From Felis catus (Eukaryota): a stretch of 64,000 bases of DNA. The stretch spans positions 102,860,001 to 102,924,000 of the forward strand of contig NC_058373.1 of NCBI RefSeq assembly GCF_018350175.1, given 5' to 3'. The position numbers and the translations under genes are program-made. Positions 60,932-64,000 of this stretch are shown here, piece after piece (the first letter of the stretch is position 1; the number at the start of each line of letters is the position of its first letter). The notes beneath the pieces were generated by a model. That model made no database searches and had not been told where the DNA came from. It worked only from the letters and a program-made list of their open reading frames with translations.

Positions 60932-63799
60932 GGCCTCAAACGTGCACATTCCACACTACAAAACCAAAGCCCTATAATGATCAAGACCCACTAGCTCAGA
61001 AACCAGTTTATTATGGAAAGAAATTTGTATGTGGTTGCTGCACATTTAGGAAACTACTAGGATTTCACTGTGGGTGACTGGGAGCCAGCTGAGAGAAATA
61101 GGAATCATGGTGGGGTATAGGACCACTGGACACTTACTTCATTTGCATCTGATATTCTGGCTCCTCTGAATTAATAGAATACCTTATTGAGTGATGAGGA
61201 ATTGGTCATTGTCATTATCACAGTCATGCATTTGCAGAGAGATAGTGAAACTGATGTCTTTTCTTTTCCAGGACTTGAATTTGCAAGGGAAGGGCAGGGA
61301 ATGCAGAGTTTTCCATATTATGGCTTTATCCCCTAAGGAGATGCCGTCAGTTTCAGAGAGCCAAATAATGTCCTCAGTCAGAATTCAAGAGCCACTAAAA
61401 TGATGTAATGCAAACAGTTTTTTATCAAAGGCTGTAGAAACCAATTTATACACTGTGCCTTTTTGACCCTCTCTACCATTCTAGCCACAGGAGATAAATG
61501 ATAAATATTATTAAAATATTACACAGCTCCAGAGGGAGTCTAGAACCTCTTCAACACTGCATTTATATCATGTCATAAAACTTCTCTTTAATTTGGCAGG
61601 AAAAGTTTTTTGTTTTTTTTTTCCCCAATGGTTTTTGGAGTCTGCAAAGAAATGCCTTGTTTAAAGTGAGTTGCTTATCTCATCTGCACTGGGACCTGCC
61701 TGACAGCTAGGCGTACCACGTTAACTGAATCTCACACGCAATGCCAGGGGCAAGCAGGCTGTTGCTTAACAAGGATGCATAATAGCTAATTGCATTTTAG
61801 GCCATTGGTTTGTCACTGTGACAGTGCCAAGTAACGGTTTCAGAAGCAAAGCAATGAGGCCAATTCTGATTCACTTATGAGCCTGAAAATCATAAAACAG
61901 CCTGCTCCCTGGGAATATGATGTTCCCAAGGATTTTGGCTTGTACTGTACTGTATCCTGTCCAGTGCTAGACTTGACTGAAATGTGTGTCTGGAATATAT
62001 TATGGATCCTTGATGTCAATCATCAATTGTCATAATCCTCAAATGCACTTGCTTAGTCTTTCCCCACATTCTGCATCAACAGCCTGTAGAGACAAAGCCT
62101 GCGTATGAAGAAGGCAGTGTTTAACCTCCCTAATTAACGGCTTTGGATGAAAGAACATCTCCAAGGTGCTCAGAGGAAGAGATTCTAAGGAGATTTATGC
62201 ATCTCTCTTTTAAGATGCTTTGCATGCTGTGTATAATTTGCAAGTACATAAGGAAGTGAATGCTCAGAATATAATATTCAGAGCTCATCTATTTATGTTT
62301 GTATTTATTAAGTTCTTTGTAAATCTCAATTTAGCAGATGTCTTCTGACTCAAAATAAAGCTCTTCATGAGGGAGTCAGTGTGGCTGTACAACAAAAGTC
62401 ACATTATCATTTGAGTACAAATATTTGCAAAATAGAACAAACTGGAAAATTGAGGGAAAAAATACCCACTGGAATTTGTGACTCATTAAATTCTCATGTG
62501 CATGACATATTGTGAAAAACTTTGTTCAGTTCTTGGTTCAAAGGATTCATTTCCTCCTCCCTTCTTGGCTTTTGGCACTAATAAAAACTTCATGGGAGTG
62601 TGTGTGTGTGTGCACATGAGCACGTGCACAAGCATGACACGCTCCACTCTTTTCATATTAGAATGTATTTCTAGAAGACGTTATAATGTATGTCTGTTGT
62701 ATTTCATGTTCTAAGGTCCCAAAAGCACATGGAAAGGTCACTAGTCCATCAGCAGACATTTTCTCTGAAGGGGCATTACCATGGGTTGTGCTCATAACAG
62801 CCTGAGCCTCACCCACGGCCAAATTCTTGTCCCTACAGAAACTTCTGTGTCTGTTTCATGAGACATTTCTCCAGTCGCCACCTCCTTCCTCTCTTCTGAA
62901 CTTGCTTGTTCTGCCACTAAATGCCATTCTGTTACTCCATGTGTGATACCAGGTTATCTCAATTCTGGTTTTAGTTCAAGATGTTGACATTCAGATCTCT
63001 ATCAGCTTCATGTTTTGTAACCTATGGGAAGTCTTGTCTCACCTCTGCATTTATCTGAGGCTTAAGAGGTCCTGGCTTTTCCAGGAGGTAGATTTAGGCA
63101 GAAAGTGACACCAAGATGGAAAAACATATCTCTCTAGGGCTTCAGCCTTACAAGGCTAATTGTGTTCACCCAAAATAAAAGTCCCTTATTATGGTGTCTC
63201 CACCAAGGAAAGGATCCAGATAATTTTCAGTTTGGTTTATATTTTTGGCGTCTGTTACCTCTAGAGCCAAGAATTCCATAAGTTTACTACCCGCTGTGTA
63301 AAGTAATACTTACTTTTACTTCTAAGATATTATTCTTCAAATCTTGGTTAGAGAATTCTGAGGCTCTGGACCTTGAAGAATCCATTGCCATTTTTCTGGA
63401 TTTATAAGTATATATGAGTTACTTTCAGTATTTCCTTTCATCTTTGAGTTTATGGATTTGAGAATCTTATTTATTATCATTGTTTTACACTTTTCCTATT
63501 CATGAAATATGTGAATACAGATGCCTGGCCAGCAGTTCTTTCTATAGGGTATTTAGAAAAGAACTGCTTTTATTTGTAGTTGCCATTAGTAGGAAATGCC
63601 TCTGTTTGAGGTTCAGTCTCCTCACTCATTGTCTTCTCCAAATAAACTCCCCCACCATGTCTCACATCCATGTTTCTTTGTCCTGAATATTTGCCTGAGG
63701 CTTATACTGTATGATACTGCATTTATCTTACTGAAGCATTTTTTTTAATGGACTGTCAATTGTTCTCTCCCTAGTGGCACATTGGTAGGGGGATTTATA

Positions 63800-63975
63800 T
63801 CTTAGGAATCTTCCAAGTAGATGTAGGAAGTAAGCAGTTGGATATTAAGTTCTGGAGATCAAAGGGAAAAATCACAGGTAAATATAGAATTGGAGTCATC
63901 AGCATTATATGGTATTGAAGCCATGGGAATGGATAATATCCCACAAGAAGATAACATAGAGGGCTGAGGGAAATG
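63800..63975 (-). mobile_element. L2 fragment
   Basis: agcagttggatat...ttggagtcatcagcat...gaagccatggga. Confidence 0.7.
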
Positions 63976-64000
63976 TTGGTGTAATTCAACTCACAATATG

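Noticed and set aside
61191..61403. Possible terminal coding exon after ttttccag (DLNLQGKG...)
   Set aside because: Peptide not recognisable and no supporting upstream exon; kept only as part of the unique block.
1..64000. CRISPR-like array, intact ERV, viral insert or other novel system
   Set aside because: No regularly spaced repeat-spacer array and no gag/pol/env or foreign coding segment seen; recurring motifs are dispersed SINE, L1 and MER copies.

Overview
Repeat-rich mammalian DNA, almost certainly from a felid, judged by about 19 CanSINE/SINEC_Fc-type SINEs and carnivore/felid-type LINE-1s. It looks intronic or intergenic. I recognise no host protein-coding gene: every ORF with identifiable homology is LINE-1 derived or a transposon relic. 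Main contents are a full-length but broken L1 (44981-51596, -), a twin-primed 5'-inverted L1 (37173-39623), an L1 nested in an L1 inside an older HAL1/L1M-like element, a young tailless 5S rRNA retrocopy with a perfect TSD (35584-35673), several solo LTRs, DNA-transposon relics, MIR/L2 pieces and microsatellites. Tentative items are a 12-nt micro-exon candidate, an RTE-X-like relic, a Tigger transposase relic and a CTCF-like site. I found no convincing undescribed biological system. Repeat family names come from recalled consensus sequences, not a database search; boundaries without a TSD are approximate.
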